Positions 1 through 9,002 of a DNA stretch of 64,000 nt are shown one piece after another. Source of the stretch: a virus; IMG/VR virus record IMGVR_UViG_3300045988_047070; one strand, 5' to 3'. Each line of letters starts with the position of its first letter. The stretch's first letter is position 1. The notes beneath the pieces were generated by a model, which saw only the letters and a list, made by a program, of their open reading frames with translations, was not told where the DNA came from and did not search any database. Both the position numbers and the translations under genes were made by a program.

Positions 1-19
1 AATAGCCAACCTTTGTGTT

Positions 20-583
20 TTAGATTTCATTTTCTTTTTCCTCAGTAGGAGGATCGATATTGTTTTCTTCCGGACGAACAGTAGAAATATTTTGTAAAAG
101 TTGTTTAAGCTCTTTCACTTCAGCTCTCAATTCATCAAGTTCTTTGAAATCTTTTGTCACATTGGTTGTTATGTCCGAATTTACATTAAGTATTTTTAAG
201 ATGTCTTCACATCTCCTCATCTCTTCATCAATCTTACTTAGGCTCTCTTTCTTGACTCTGCAATCTTCTAGAGACTGTCTAACCATGTTAACAATTTGTG
301 ATTTTTCTGTGGCTATAGTAAGACCAATGCTTGAATCGGTCATCATTGTTTTATCTTCAGATACTGACAGTTTTCTTTGTTCACCATCACACGAAATCAC
401 TAAATCCACGAGCTTACGCCTGTTTTGCATAGGCATCGGAAATTGTGTCGGTGGCACTGGTTCGTCATAGGGTTTTGATACACTGACTACCGTTCCTAAA
501 CTGTACATTGTGCTTTTTTTAAAAGTACCTGTTATCTCGAGTACGTGTATTCTTGTACCCGACGTTAACTGAGAGAATGTCAT
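20..583 (-). CDS. hypothetical protein
   Basis: 187-aa ORF, co-directional with the minus-strand block. The C-terminal half is charged and heptad-like. No motif recognised. Confidence 0.5.
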   Translation of the reverse strand: MTFSQLTSGTRIHVLEITGTFKKSTMYSLGTVVSVSKPYDEPVPPTQFPMPMQNRRKLVDLVISCDGEQRKLSVSEDKTMMTDSSIGLTIATEKSQIVNMVRQSLEDCRVKKESLSKIDEEMRRCEDILKILNVNSDITTNVTKDFKELDELRAEVKELKQLLQNISTVRPEENNIDPPTEEKENEI

Positions 584-646
584 ATCTTTATAAATTTAAA
601 GAATATGGGCAACTCTCATAGCTGCCCATATATCTTGATTAATATA

Positions 647-1054
647 TTAAGCAGCTGGTGTAGGAGCAGCAGGAGTATAACTCATTAACTGTATTACATT
701 GTCACATTTGTTAAAATATGCAATGTATCTGTTCCCAGCACTAACTTGTGAACCAGTAATTGGTGCACTTGAAGCATTTACTAAAGGTATATTGTGAGTA
801 TTAGAAGCAGTACTTACAGAACCAGAAACTGAAATAAATACAGGTAAACTAGCTCCTGATGCTTCTGCCGTGTGGCGTACCTCCAAAACAATTACACCTT
901 CTTTAGGTAATCTACACCATACTTTAGGACAGATACCTAATACTACATTTTCAGTGGACTCACCTATTGCTATAGTTTTTACTTTAGGTATTACTAGATC
1001 TAAAATATTTACGGTGTTGTTTCTACCAAATGGATTAAATACGAAAGGATACAT
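647..1054 (-). CDS. hypothetical protein (135 aa)
   Basis: ORF track gives 647-1081. I prefer the ATG at 1054 because AGGAGG (reverse complement of 1060-1065) sits 5 nt upstream and it avoids overlap with the upstream gene. Confidence 0.5.
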   Translation of the reverse strand: MYPFVFNPFGRNNTVNILDLVIPKVKTIAIGESTENVVLGICPKVWCRLPKEGVIVLEVRHTAEASGASLPVFISVSGSVSTASNTHNIPLVNASSAPITGSQVSAGNRYIAYFNKCDNVIQLMSYTPAAPTPAA

Positions 1055-1071
1055 AATTGCCTCCTTTCTTA

Positions 1072-2010
1072 TTAAGCGCAACAGCTATCGCCGTATCCGT
1101 AAGGATAACCGTAACCGTATCCATTTAACCCACCATTACATCCATAAGGATTACATGTTAAGTAAGCAGGAACCGGACAAGGTCTAATTTGACTAACGAT
1201 ATTAGAAGTCTGTTGTTGTAGCAATGCAGAAGATTGCAATGCGTTCTTCTCGTCACGTAACGTGTCGATCTTATTCTGCATTTCTCTCATCTCTAATTGA
1301 CAGAACTTGTCATTGATTATCTGAGTCTGAGCATCTATCTTAGCACCAAGAATGTTAAATCTTGTAGCGTTTTCACTAGACAAAGTATTGAATCCTGAAG
1401 TGATAGCATTCTGCAAAGTATTAGTTTGCTGACAGATAGACAATCTGTTATCAGCATTCATCTGAGTTAAGTTCAAATTAACTGCATCGATTGAACGCTG
1501 AGTTGTGCAGCAGCAGTCGCTAATAGCTTTGATAACGTTACAATCACCAGCATTTACTGCATTAATCACTCTTTCTGCAGAGAAGCCTACTTCACCACCA
1601 ACTTTACCAATTGCATTCTGGATAGAACACAAAGCGTTGTCAATTGACTTAACATCGCAGTTCAAGTTAGTAGACAATGTATTGATTGCATCTTTGTTAC
1701 CATTGATAGCTTGCATCAATAGATCTGTGTTGTTATTCTGGTTACCCATAGCGGCTAATCTTGCAAAATCAGAGTTTGTTTCTGCTTGGTTTCCACGACC
1801 AAAGCCGTTTCCACCCCATCCGCCCCACATCCAGAAGAGCACGATGATGAAGATCCACCACCAACTACCGTTACCGCCAAAGCCACCATTATTCATCATA
1901 GCCATTAAAGCAGCAGGGTCAAAACCTTTATTAGCATTCTGCATTAACGCAGCGATACCAGCATCAATACCACCACGGTCTTGTACAATAATTCTTTCGT
2001 TTTCTAACAT
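1072..2010 (-). CDS. Gly/Trp/Cys-rich membrane protein, function unknown
   Basis: 312-aa ORF. It has one very hydrophobic W-rich segment (SWWWIFIIVLFWMWGGWGG) flanked by GGFGGNG/GNGFGRGN. It also has an N/Q-rich coiled-coil-like middle with many Cys and the tail GLNGYGYGYPYGYGDSCCA. Confidence 0.6.
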   Translation of the reverse strand: MLENERIIVQDRGGIDAGIAALMQNANKGFDPAALMAMMNNGGFGGNGSWWWIFIIVLFWMWGGWGGNGFGRGNQAETNSDFARLAAMGNQNNNTDLLMQAINGNKDAINTLSTNLNCDVKSIDNALCSIQNAIGKVGGEVGFSAERVINAVNAGDCNVIKAISDCCCTTQRSIDAVNLNLTQMNADNRLSICQQTNTLQNAITSGFNTLSSENATRFNILGAKIDAQTQIINDKFCQLEMREMQNKIDTLRDEKNALQSSALLQQQTSNIVSQIRPCPVPAYLTCNPYGCNGGLNGYGYGYPYGYGDSCCA

Positions 2011-2053
2011 AACTTTAATTTTATTTTAATTGATTTAAATTTACTTTTGATAA

Positions 2054-2824
2054 TTAGAAATATCTAACAGATGTGTTACGAGTTTCTCTTGTACTACGCA
2101 AGCCACGATCACGCATTTCTCTTTCACGTTCCATACGTTCACGATCATCTTCTCTGTAACGTTTGCTATCACGATCTAATTCTTCTCTATCATATCTAGA
2201 GTAAGGATATTGATAGCTTCTAGCCTCATAGTCATACCCTTTTTCTCTGCCCATACGATGTTCATACTCTGGACTGTAATAACTATTACGATTACCGTGC
2301 ATACGTTCATATGCTTTATAATCGTTTTCATCATCGTCACACATTAGATAAACATAATAGTGCCACATCTTACCTTCGTCAATGTCTTTGTCACATAGCC
2401 AAGCTTTTGCCAATTCTGCGAAGTGTTTGGTATTTGCGCTGCCAGTCATAGCAACGACTGCTTTGTAATAATCTGAATAGATCATATTCATGGCAACATA
2501 CCAATCCCATTTGTTATGTTTTTCAGATTTTAAATTTATGCCCATTTGATTGGCAACGGACGTTGTCTCTTCAACCGTCCAATGAGGACCTTTTGTACCA
2601 TCCTCATTCTCCATACCCTCTACAGCGTAGCGAGCATGTTCCTCATCAAAGTGAGGGCCATTAATAGCTTCATACATATTTGCAGCCAATTCTGACTTTA
2701 AAATAGTGAAACCTTTCTCCAATAAGCTACCCTCATGCTTCTCTAAAGCAGTAGATAATTTATCTATAGCCTCTGATGGAGATTGATGGCGTTTGATTTG
2801 TTCTAATATTTTGTTCAAATGCAT
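2054..2824 (-). CDS. hypothetical protein with R/E/D/Y low-complexity C-terminal tail
   Basis: 256-aa ORF. Globular N-terminal about 170 aa, then RYREDDRERMEREREMRDRG-type repeats. No lysin motif recognised. Confidence 0.55.
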   Translation of the reverse strand: MHLNKILEQIKRHQSPSEAIDKLSTALEKHEGSLLEKGFTILKSELAANMYEAINGPHFDEEHARYAVEGMENEDGTKGPHWTVEETTSVANQMGINLKSEKHNKWDWYVAMNMIYSDYYKAVVAMTGSANTKHFAELAKAWLCDKDIDEGKMWHYYVYLMCDDDENDYKAYERMHGNRNSYYSPEYEHRMGREKGYDYEARSYQYPYSRYDREELDRDSKRYREDDRERMEREREMRDRGLRSTRETRNTSVRYF

Positions 2825-2871
2825 AGTTTCAATTTATTTATTGATTAATACTAAATTGAAATATTTTGCAA

Positions 2872-3474
2872 TTATTTTGATATTTTGATAACCCTTGTAT
2901 CTGTTACTTGTATTAAAGGGTTTGAATTAACTATTTGATAATGAGGAATTATATCCTTCTTAAAATTTAAAGTAAATAAGCGTCTAAAGAAACCTTTTTT
3001 ACGCCATATTTTCTCTTCATATATAAATAGATCTTGACGATTCTTTATATCCAGCACATGTGTGATCATGCTGTCTATTCTTTCTATTTTGATAGTTGTC
3101 AATTGATTTGGCTTTAACTCTACTGTAAAATTCCTATCTACTGGAATCTCTTGAGTTATTGTATCCGAAATAATAGTTTCTACTGATGCGACTTCCTTTA
3201 ATTTCTTATCTTTTATTTTAAGTTCTTTAGATTGTTTTCTTAGTTCTTGTACTAAACTATCTTCAGAATGCTTGAAGTCATCTACAGTTAATTGTAATAC
3301 TTTGTTTTGTTTCTCCATTCCTGAGAGAGCACTCTCATAGTAATGTAAATTCACAGAAGCTCTAGCTAACGCATTATCTAGATTATCTACTTTCTTATTT
3401 AATCTGTAATTATCAAAACCTAAAACTGCTATCAATAGTACAGCACCTAATTTTATGTAATGTATAAAATTCAC
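2872..3474 (-). CDS. N-terminally membrane-anchored coiled-coil protein (spanin-like or lysis accessory candidate)
   Basis: 200-aa ORF. TM helix LGAVLLIAVLGF near the N-terminus, then a long heptad-rich region. Its start shares nt 3474 with the holin-like gene's stop codon (1-nt overlap). Confidence 0.4.
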   Translation of the reverse strand: MNFIHYIKLGAVLLIAVLGFDNYRLNKKVDNLDNALARASVNLHYYESALSGMEKQNKVLQLTVDDFKHSEDSLVQELRKQSKELKIKDKKLKEVASVETIISDTITQEIPVDRNFTVELKPNQLTTIKIERIDSMITHVLDIKNRQDLFIYEEKIWRKKGFFRRLFTLNFKKDIIPHYQIVNSNPLIQVTDTRVIKISK

Positions 3475-3968
3475 TATTTAATCTTTTTAACCAATTTTCT
3501 TATCTTAGGTAAATCTTCTCTATCTATAGTAATATCAAGATACTTTTCACCTTTTTTACGTATGAACTTATTTAGAAGTTTCCAAGGTCCATCTGGATAT
3601 AATGTAGCTAAGTTTTCTATAACAGACCATAGTTCTACTCCAGCAATAAGTCCTGCAAAGAATTCTACTAAGTGAGCATCTATAGATACTAGTATATTAG
3701 CATCTATTTGATTTGCAAACCATATAATAGCACCACACCAACCAAATTTGCGTAGGGTTTTCCATAGTCTTCTTGATTCAAACTTCTTTTGATTTTTAAA
3801 CGCTATCTTACCACCTAAATACGCATCTACTAATATTATTAATAATAAGATAAATAGAACTGTCCATAAGGGTGTAAAACTACCTGCCACCCAACTAAAT
3901 GCTCCTGTTAATAAGCAAGAGATAAATTTGGCTGGACCATCATTAAATAGTTCTTTAAAGTAGTTCAT
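3474..3968 (-). CDS. holin, Phage_holin_4_1 (TcdE/UtxA-like) family
   Basis: Multi-TM protein with LIILVDAYLGGKIAFKNQKKFESRRLWKTLRKFG and the VELWSVIENL signature, resembling the D..(T/L)G...A.K...S...RK / E..SI(L)(E/K)N pattern of this family. I chose the start at the internal ATG 3968 (MNYFKEL); the ORF track extends to 4058. Confidence 0.6.
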   Translation of the reverse strand: MNYFKELFNDGPAKFISCLLTGAFSWVAGSFTPLWTVLFILLLIILVDAYLGGKIAFKNQKKFESRRLWKTLRKFGWCGAIIWFANQIDANILVSIDAHLVEFFAGLIAGVELWSVIENLATLYPDGPWKLLNKFIRKKGEKYLDITIDREDLPKIRKLVKKIK

Positions 3969-4155
3969 ACTAGATACTCCTTGGGACAATAAAAAATAGT
4001 GATGAATTTTATTTAACATAATAAATTGATATGAAAGGAAAACAAAAACGCTAACCAAATTTTACTTCAGTTAGCGTTTGGTATTTTTTGATATGAGAAT
4101 TGATGCTATAACGTCTTTAGTCATCAAAAGTTCTTCTATATAAATTGACACTATC

Positions 4156-4542
4156 CTAAGTAATAGCGGTTATTTGTCCACTATTTAATTCATCTTGCAT
4201 TTGTTCATAAGCAACAAAATCTGAATCTACTTGCTCTTTTAATTGCTTTCTCTTTTGTAGGAAATCTTTATATATGTCTATATAACTTTCATCTAATATC
4301 CCCAATAAGGCAGCATTGTAGTCATTCAATTTCTTTGCTTCAACATCTGTACCCCATAGTTCATTAATACATGTCTCTAATATCTTATTAGCAGTTAATG
4401 TAGGCCATACAATCACTTCATAATAAGAATAACCAATATATTCATCTCTTTGTTCCGTTTGTATATCCCATCTATATAAATAGTAACCATTACTATCTCT
4501 TTCTATTGTACTGGGTATTTTATCACTATATGTTCTATTCAT
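4156..4542 (-). CDS. small fibre-associated protein (putative fibre chaperone/assembly), paralog of 7294-7644
   Basis: 128 aa, directly downstream of the fibre gene 4544-7291. Shares D.IP..IE...RWDI...GY.YYE...EA..N with ORF 7294-7644. Confidence 0.5.
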   Translation of the reverse strand: MNRTYSDKIPSTIERDSNGYYLYRWDIQTEQRDEYIGYSYYEVIVWPTLTANKILETCINELWGTDVEAKKLNDYNAALLGILDESYIDIYKDFLQKRKQLKEQVDSDFVAYEQMQDELNSGQITAIT

Positions 4543-4543
4543 A

Positions 4544-7291
4544 TTATTCTGTAGTTGTAGTTATTTCAGTTGATTTATATTTTGGGAAAAAGCAAAGGCG
4601 AGACCCGATGTTATTAGCCACACCAGACGAATTAGTTGTTCCCACGTCAGTCAAGCCTGCATTCAGCCCATCGTCCGAGCGACCACCAATCACCACAAGT
4701 TGCATACGATTAACTGATACGTTGGTGTAGTAGTTGTCACACCAGTAGGTAGAGGTGCTACCTCCGACTTCCGTGGCTATTATATCACCATCTTCTCCAA
4801 GCAACATCTTCTTGACGTGCCCATTTATACGACAGACATTGCCCTTCTTGTCATAACCAGTGTAAGAGGTATCGCTGAAGTTAGATGGATCGTTGGTAGT
4901 CCATAATATGGACAATCCGTCATCGCCCGTGGTGACCTGTATATTAGCCCCGTCAGTGTGTTTCCATATATGACCAAATGGATTCTCTATACCACGATAC
5001 CTGTTAGTCATCAACGTAGCATGAGTACCGTCTGAAGAGTTCTTCACTACATATGCCTTTTCTCCCGATCCGTTCCCTAACTCATTGGTATATCCACATG
5101 GGATAAGGGGGTTATTATTATTGAAATTAGTCCAATCTGTCATTTGCGTTGGTCCCAGACCTAGGCCACCTTGGGAGAAACCGTTAGCGTCCTTTTGAGC
5201 ATTAAACGATTTTTGACTATTTAATGTAGCATATTCTACTGCAAATAGCCAGAATATAGTCTTGTGTGCTCCATATGTATACATTTCCCAACCACTACCA
5301 CGTTTTCTTGCAGCTTGGCGGAATTGGTCTCGGGTAAGGTTGGTAACAGGGCATCCTAGCAAGGAACGGTAGGTATCATCCCATTCAGCGGTGTTGTCAC
5401 CACCTCTAAAATTAATTGAATTAGGATCACTTAATTTACTAGCTCCAGCCGCCGAACATAATAAATTATCGGTTCTATACATTCTGGCTTCATATGTTGA
5501 GATATAGAACTTATCTACATGTTTATACCCAGGTAATGGAATTTCGGACAACATCATCCTAAATTTAGTGCCATTAAAATACAATTTATACCAATGTTCA
5601 GGTATCTCTGTCATAACAGCATAATCCAAATAGCTTCCACCCCATGAAAGCTCATTATCCAAATATTCTTTAACTCCACCATCTCTATCCAACAAACACC
5701 TTCTCATCTTACTCTGGATAGGTAGCTCTCTATGCAATTGAATATTACCTACTCTAACCCCATCAGGACTAGATGATGCAGTATCCCACTCAACACCATA
5801 CGCATATCTTTCTTCTAGATCTGGTATATCTTCCCAAGCTGGAGACCATTCAGTAGAAATATCACCATATTCAAGTTTAATCTTATGGATGGTGGAAATT
5901 GATGTGCCAGTTTTAGGAGAACTAAATACAACCATATGTGTATTATCAGCTACTGCATCTCCGATATTAGTAATCCATTTAAAAGTCTTACTGGCCTTCC
6001 CATTTACAAAGTCAGTCTTACTGAACTGAGCCATAGAACCTACTGCACCAGTAGAGTTATATATAGTGAACATTTCCTTATCATCACCCAACTCTCCAAA
6101 AATAGTCAATGTTACTTGTGTTCCTTTAGATATCTGTTCAGTTAGCCAGTAATTAGCCATCTCATACTCGGCATTACTCACTTTCTTCCCCGATCCCAAT
6201 AACAGGTTTCTGCCATATACTGGAAGCTTACGATACTTGCCGTCATCCATTAAAGCTTTTGATCCGTCACCTGTAGTATGTATTACTACTTCCTTAACAT
6301 TAGGATCAGTAGAATTATCTGTAACACTTGCCTGTATAGAAATTCCATCAGTTACCGGAATTAAATAATCATTATTGACCTGAGTTTCCACATCTAAATT
6401 CTGACGTATCCACATTTGTATAGAACAATGATTAACCCCCATAGTTTGTTGCGCATAAAACCAAAAAGAATTATCACCATTGGTGTTATATCCGCCAAAA
6501 AGACTTGATATATACGCAGGATTATCTCTAATTGGGAGTGTATTAACAAAACCGTTTGGAAGCTTCTCTAGTAATGTATTATAGTCTTCTTGAGATATAG
6601 ATGGAGTATCGCCGTTTGCCACTTTCATGAAGATGTCAAATACCGTATAATCCGCTAAATCAGCTTTAGTAGCTAATTGATCATCTACATATTTTTTGTT
6701 AACATCTACGGTAGGTATGGTGGGTCTATTAGTAAGATCGTTGTAACTACCAGATGTAGCTACAGTAGATAATGTAGGTTTATTCAATATCAATGCATCT
6801 CCTTCTGTAGCATTCCAATCAGCATTAACATTTACTTCGGCACCAGCAGCAATGCCATTCAACTTTGTCTTATCTGAAGGTAACATCAAACCAGCTAAAG
6901 CTGTAGTAGATGCAGGAAGATTCAATTCTATATTTTCTACTACATTGGTTACTAAGTTCCTTTTATCCAGAGTAATAGAGATACCTGTTGCTGTAATATT
7001 CTTAGCAGCAGCTTCAATTACTTCATTGATGTTTGTAACTTTAGTTTTATCTGCAGTAACATAGTCATTAGTACTTAAGCTCTTACCTTCTACTTTATCA
7101 ACTTTAGTATCAATAGCATTATATACCTCAGTAAAGTCAACTTCTGGTATATTTACTACAGACCATACACCATTTTGTCTAGCATACTGTGAACCATCTT
7201 TAGGTGCTTCTTCTACTAGTTCCCGACCATGATCACTACTTAAGTATGGTATTTTAACCCATTCCCCATTATATTTTACTTTAATTACCAT
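4544..7291 (-). CDS. tail fibre / receptor-binding protein 3 with non-diversified lectin-like C-terminal domain
   Basis: 915 aa. The N-terminus has fibre motifs (AGLMLPSDKTKLNGI, GSYNDLTNRP). The C-terminal about 190 aa aligns with the DGR-targeted domain of fibre 2: GGSTSTYWCDNYY...IGSRLCF versus GGSETTYYSDYSW...LGARLAF. Confidence 0.7.
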   Translation of the reverse strand: MVIKVKYNGEWVKIPYLSSDHGRELVEEAPKDGSQYARQNGVWSVVNIPEVDFTEVYNAIDTKVDKVEGKSLSTNDYVTADKTKVTNINEVIEAAAKNITATGISITLDKRNLVTNVVENIELNLPASTTALAGLMLPSDKTKLNGIAAGAEVNVNADWNATEGDALILNKPTLSTVATSGSYNDLTNRPTIPTVDVNKKYVDDQLATKADLADYTVFDIFMKVANGDTPSISQEDYNTLLEKLPNGFVNTLPIRDNPAYISSLFGGYNTNGDNSFWFYAQQTMGVNHCSIQMWIRQNLDVETQVNNDYLIPVTDGISIQASVTDNSTDPNVKEVVIHTTGDGSKALMDDGKYRKLPVYGRNLLLGSGKKVSNAEYEMANYWLTEQISKGTQVTLTIFGELGDDKEMFTIYNSTGAVGSMAQFSKTDFVNGKASKTFKWITNIGDAVADNTHMVVFSSPKTGTSISTIHKIKLEYGDISTEWSPAWEDIPDLEERYAYGVEWDTASSSPDGVRVGNIQLHRELPIQSKMRRCLLDRDGGVKEYLDNELSWGGSYLDYAVMTEIPEHWYKLYFNGTKFRMMLSEIPLPGYKHVDKFYISTYEARMYRTDNLLCSAAGASKLSDPNSINFRGGDNTAEWDDTYRSLLGCPVTNLTRDQFRQAARKRGSGWEMYTYGAHKTIFWLFAVEYATLNSQKSFNAQKDANGFSQGGLGLGPTQMTDWTNFNNNNPLIPCGYTNELGNGSGEKAYVVKNSSDGTHATLMTNRYRGIENPFGHIWKHTDGANIQVTTGDDGLSILWTTNDPSNFSDTSYTGYDKKGNVCRINGHVKKMLLGEDGDIIATEVGGSTSTYWCDNYYTNVSVNRMQLVVIGGRSDDGLNAGLTDVGTTNSSGVANNIGSRLCFFPKYKSTEITTTTE

Positions 7292-7293
7292 AA

Positions 7294-7644
7294 TTAAATA
7301 TTAAATATTTGTTTGCCAATTGTTTTAGCTTCTGTTCTAAGTGTTTGAAAAGATTGCCATTCATCATATCTGGTAATAGGTTGACTGCCACTAAGCAATT
7401 GTTCAACCATATTAGATTTTAATGCTGCTTCCTCATCTGCACTATATCTAGTTCTGATAACCTTACTTACGAAAGAATCATAAGTTGGTTCTTCATTGAA
7501 TTTTAATTCATAATAAGCATAACCATGTATATCTTCAGAATTAACTTCTTCAATATCCCATCTAACTGCCCATTCATTCATTCCTAGGTATTCTATTACT
7601 TTAGGTATATTATCACCCTGTACTTTCTTTAATTCCATCATCAC
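7294..7644 (-). CDS. small fibre-associated protein, paralog of 4156-4542
   Basis: 116 aa. EWAVRWDIEEVNSEDIHGYAYYEL matches YYLYRWDIQTEQRDEYIGYSYYEV in the paralog. Overlaps the RT 3' end by 32 nt. Confidence 0.55.
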   Translation of the reverse strand: MMMELKKVQGDNIPKVIEYLGMNEWAVRWDIEEVNSEDIHGYAYYELKFNEEPTYDSFVSKVIRTRYSADEEAALKSNMVEQLLSGSQPITRYDEWQSFQTLRTEAKTIGKQIFNI

Positions 7645-8653
7645 TTAATAATTTTTGTCTATAATCTTTAAAATTATAAGATCTCGTAAAGCGATACCAT
7701 AAATTATGACAGTTTCCATATTTACACCATCCCCAATAAGCTGCTAGTGATGCTAGCCTCTTATTCTTACTTTTATAACTTAATTTATGAATAAACTTCT
7801 TTTTGATATCTTTCCTGAGTAAAGTATGATCATGGCAAAATACATAACCAATAAAATCTATACCTCTTGCTTCTACAGGAAATATCTGCCAATTACGTTT
7901 TATTTTTAATTTCAAGTTATCAGCTAGATATTTTTCAATCTCTTGTAAGCAATATCTTAAGTAATCTTTATCTGGGTGTAATATAACAATATCATCACAA
8001 TACCTGTAATAATATTTTATTTTTAATACTTGTTTAATCCACCTATCGAACCAAGTCAAATTCAAATTTGCTGCAAATTGAGATATGTAATTTCCAATCG
8101 GTAAACCTTTTGGTGTAGAATAAACTACATGATGTAATAATCTTAATAGTTTCTTGTCCTTAAATATCTTTTCAAATTGTGAGTATAACACATCTTGATC
8201 TATAGAAGGAAAGAACTTTTTAATATCTAATTTTAAACAATATTTTGTGCCTTCTTTATCAGCTTTTAAATCTCTTTTCAATCTCTTTACTCCATAATGA
8301 ATACCTCTTCCTTTTAAACAGTTGAAGGTATCTGCAGTAAATCTATTAACAAGGTAAGGTTCTATAACATTCATTATAGCATGATGGACTATTCTGTCTG
8401 GATAATACGGTAGCCTGTATATTTCTCTTTCTTTGTTACCACGATCGGCGATGATTGTATATACGCAGTATTCCGAAGTACGATAAGTATCTTCTATTAA
8501 TGCCTTTTGTAACCGGACCAGATTTTCATATGGGTTCCTGTCAAATTTCTTAACGCCGTATCTTTTAGTTTTACCTAGCCTAGCTTTCTTTTCAGCCCGG
8601 ACCAGATTTTCATATGATATTATCCTGTTAAATAAATTGCCTATTCTTTTCAT
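7613..8653 (-). CDS. DGR-type reverse transcriptase
   Basis: 346 aa. RT motifs include LPIGNYISQFAANLNL (the DGR hallmark IGxxxSQ) and YCDDIVIL (YxDD). It lies 143 nt downstream of a TR that matches a VR with adenine-only mismatches. Confidence 0.9.
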   Translation of the reverse strand: MKRIGNLFNRIISYENLVRAEKKARLGKTKRYGVKKFDRNPYENLVRLQKALIEDTYRTSEYCVYTIIADRGNKEREIYRLPYYPDRIVHHAIMNVIEPYLVNRFTADTFNCLKGRGIHYGVKRLKRDLKADKEGTKYCLKLDIKKFFPSIDQDVLYSQFEKIFKDKKLLRLLHHVVYSTPKGLPIGNYISQFAANLNLTWFDRWIKQVLKIKYYYRYCDDIVILHPDKDYLRYCLQEIEKYLADNLKLKIKRNWQIFPVEARGIDFIGYVFCHDHTLLRKDIKKKFIHKLSYKSKNKRLASLAAYWGWCKYGNCHNLWYRFTRSYNFKDYRQKLLSDDGIKESTG

Positions 8654-8796
8654 AAGCTATTTTGGTGGTAAGACCCGTTCGCCCAATACTACTAGGGTCT
8701 CTTCAAAGCACCTGTTATCTTTTACCTAGAGGTAAGGCTGATCTAAGTTCAACAAACATTTTTGTAATTATCTGAAAGTATCTGTTAGTTCCAAAA

Positions 8797-8896
8797 TTTC
8801 ACTGATATTCGTCTATGAATTCGAGGATGCATTATTAGCATTAGCTATGAAGACTCTGCATTGAGAACCATTATCTGAATTACCTGACTGTTTTTT
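8797..8896 (-). repeat. DGR template repeat (TR)
   Basis: 100 bp aligning without gaps to 9068-9167 (offset 271), with 68 identities. All 32 differences are at + strand T, which is A on the coding minus strand. In the VR frame it reads KKQSGNSDNGSQCRVFIANANNASSNS*, Asn-codon rich with a stop, so it is non-coding. Confidence 0.9.
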
Positions 8897-9002
8897 CAAG
8901 TATGAAATAATGTGACAGCAGTCTTACTATAAAGTCATCTCATAGTAATTCTTTTAGATCCCGCCCTTGTTATTAATATTTAATTATCTATATTACTCAG
9001 GA

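Noticed and set aside
1505-2029. 174-aa plus-strand ORF. Similar antisense ORFs occur at 60-470, 870-1187, 19696-20178, 24331-24651, 29589-29900 and 51916-52227.
   Set aside because: All lie fully inside longer, better-supported genes on the opposite strand and have low-complexity or hydrophobic compositions typical of shadow frames.
4560-4720. Possible second VR at the C-terminus of fibre 3.
   Set aside because: The protein domain is homologous to the DGR target. However, the DNA does not align with TR 8797-8896 beyond a short ATTATTAGC-like patch, and no adenine-restricted mismatch pattern is present.
8654-9002. Search for an avd accessory gene between the target and the RT.
   Set aside because: No ORF of 60 aa or more lies in either orientation. 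The interval is occupied by the TR and structured spacer.
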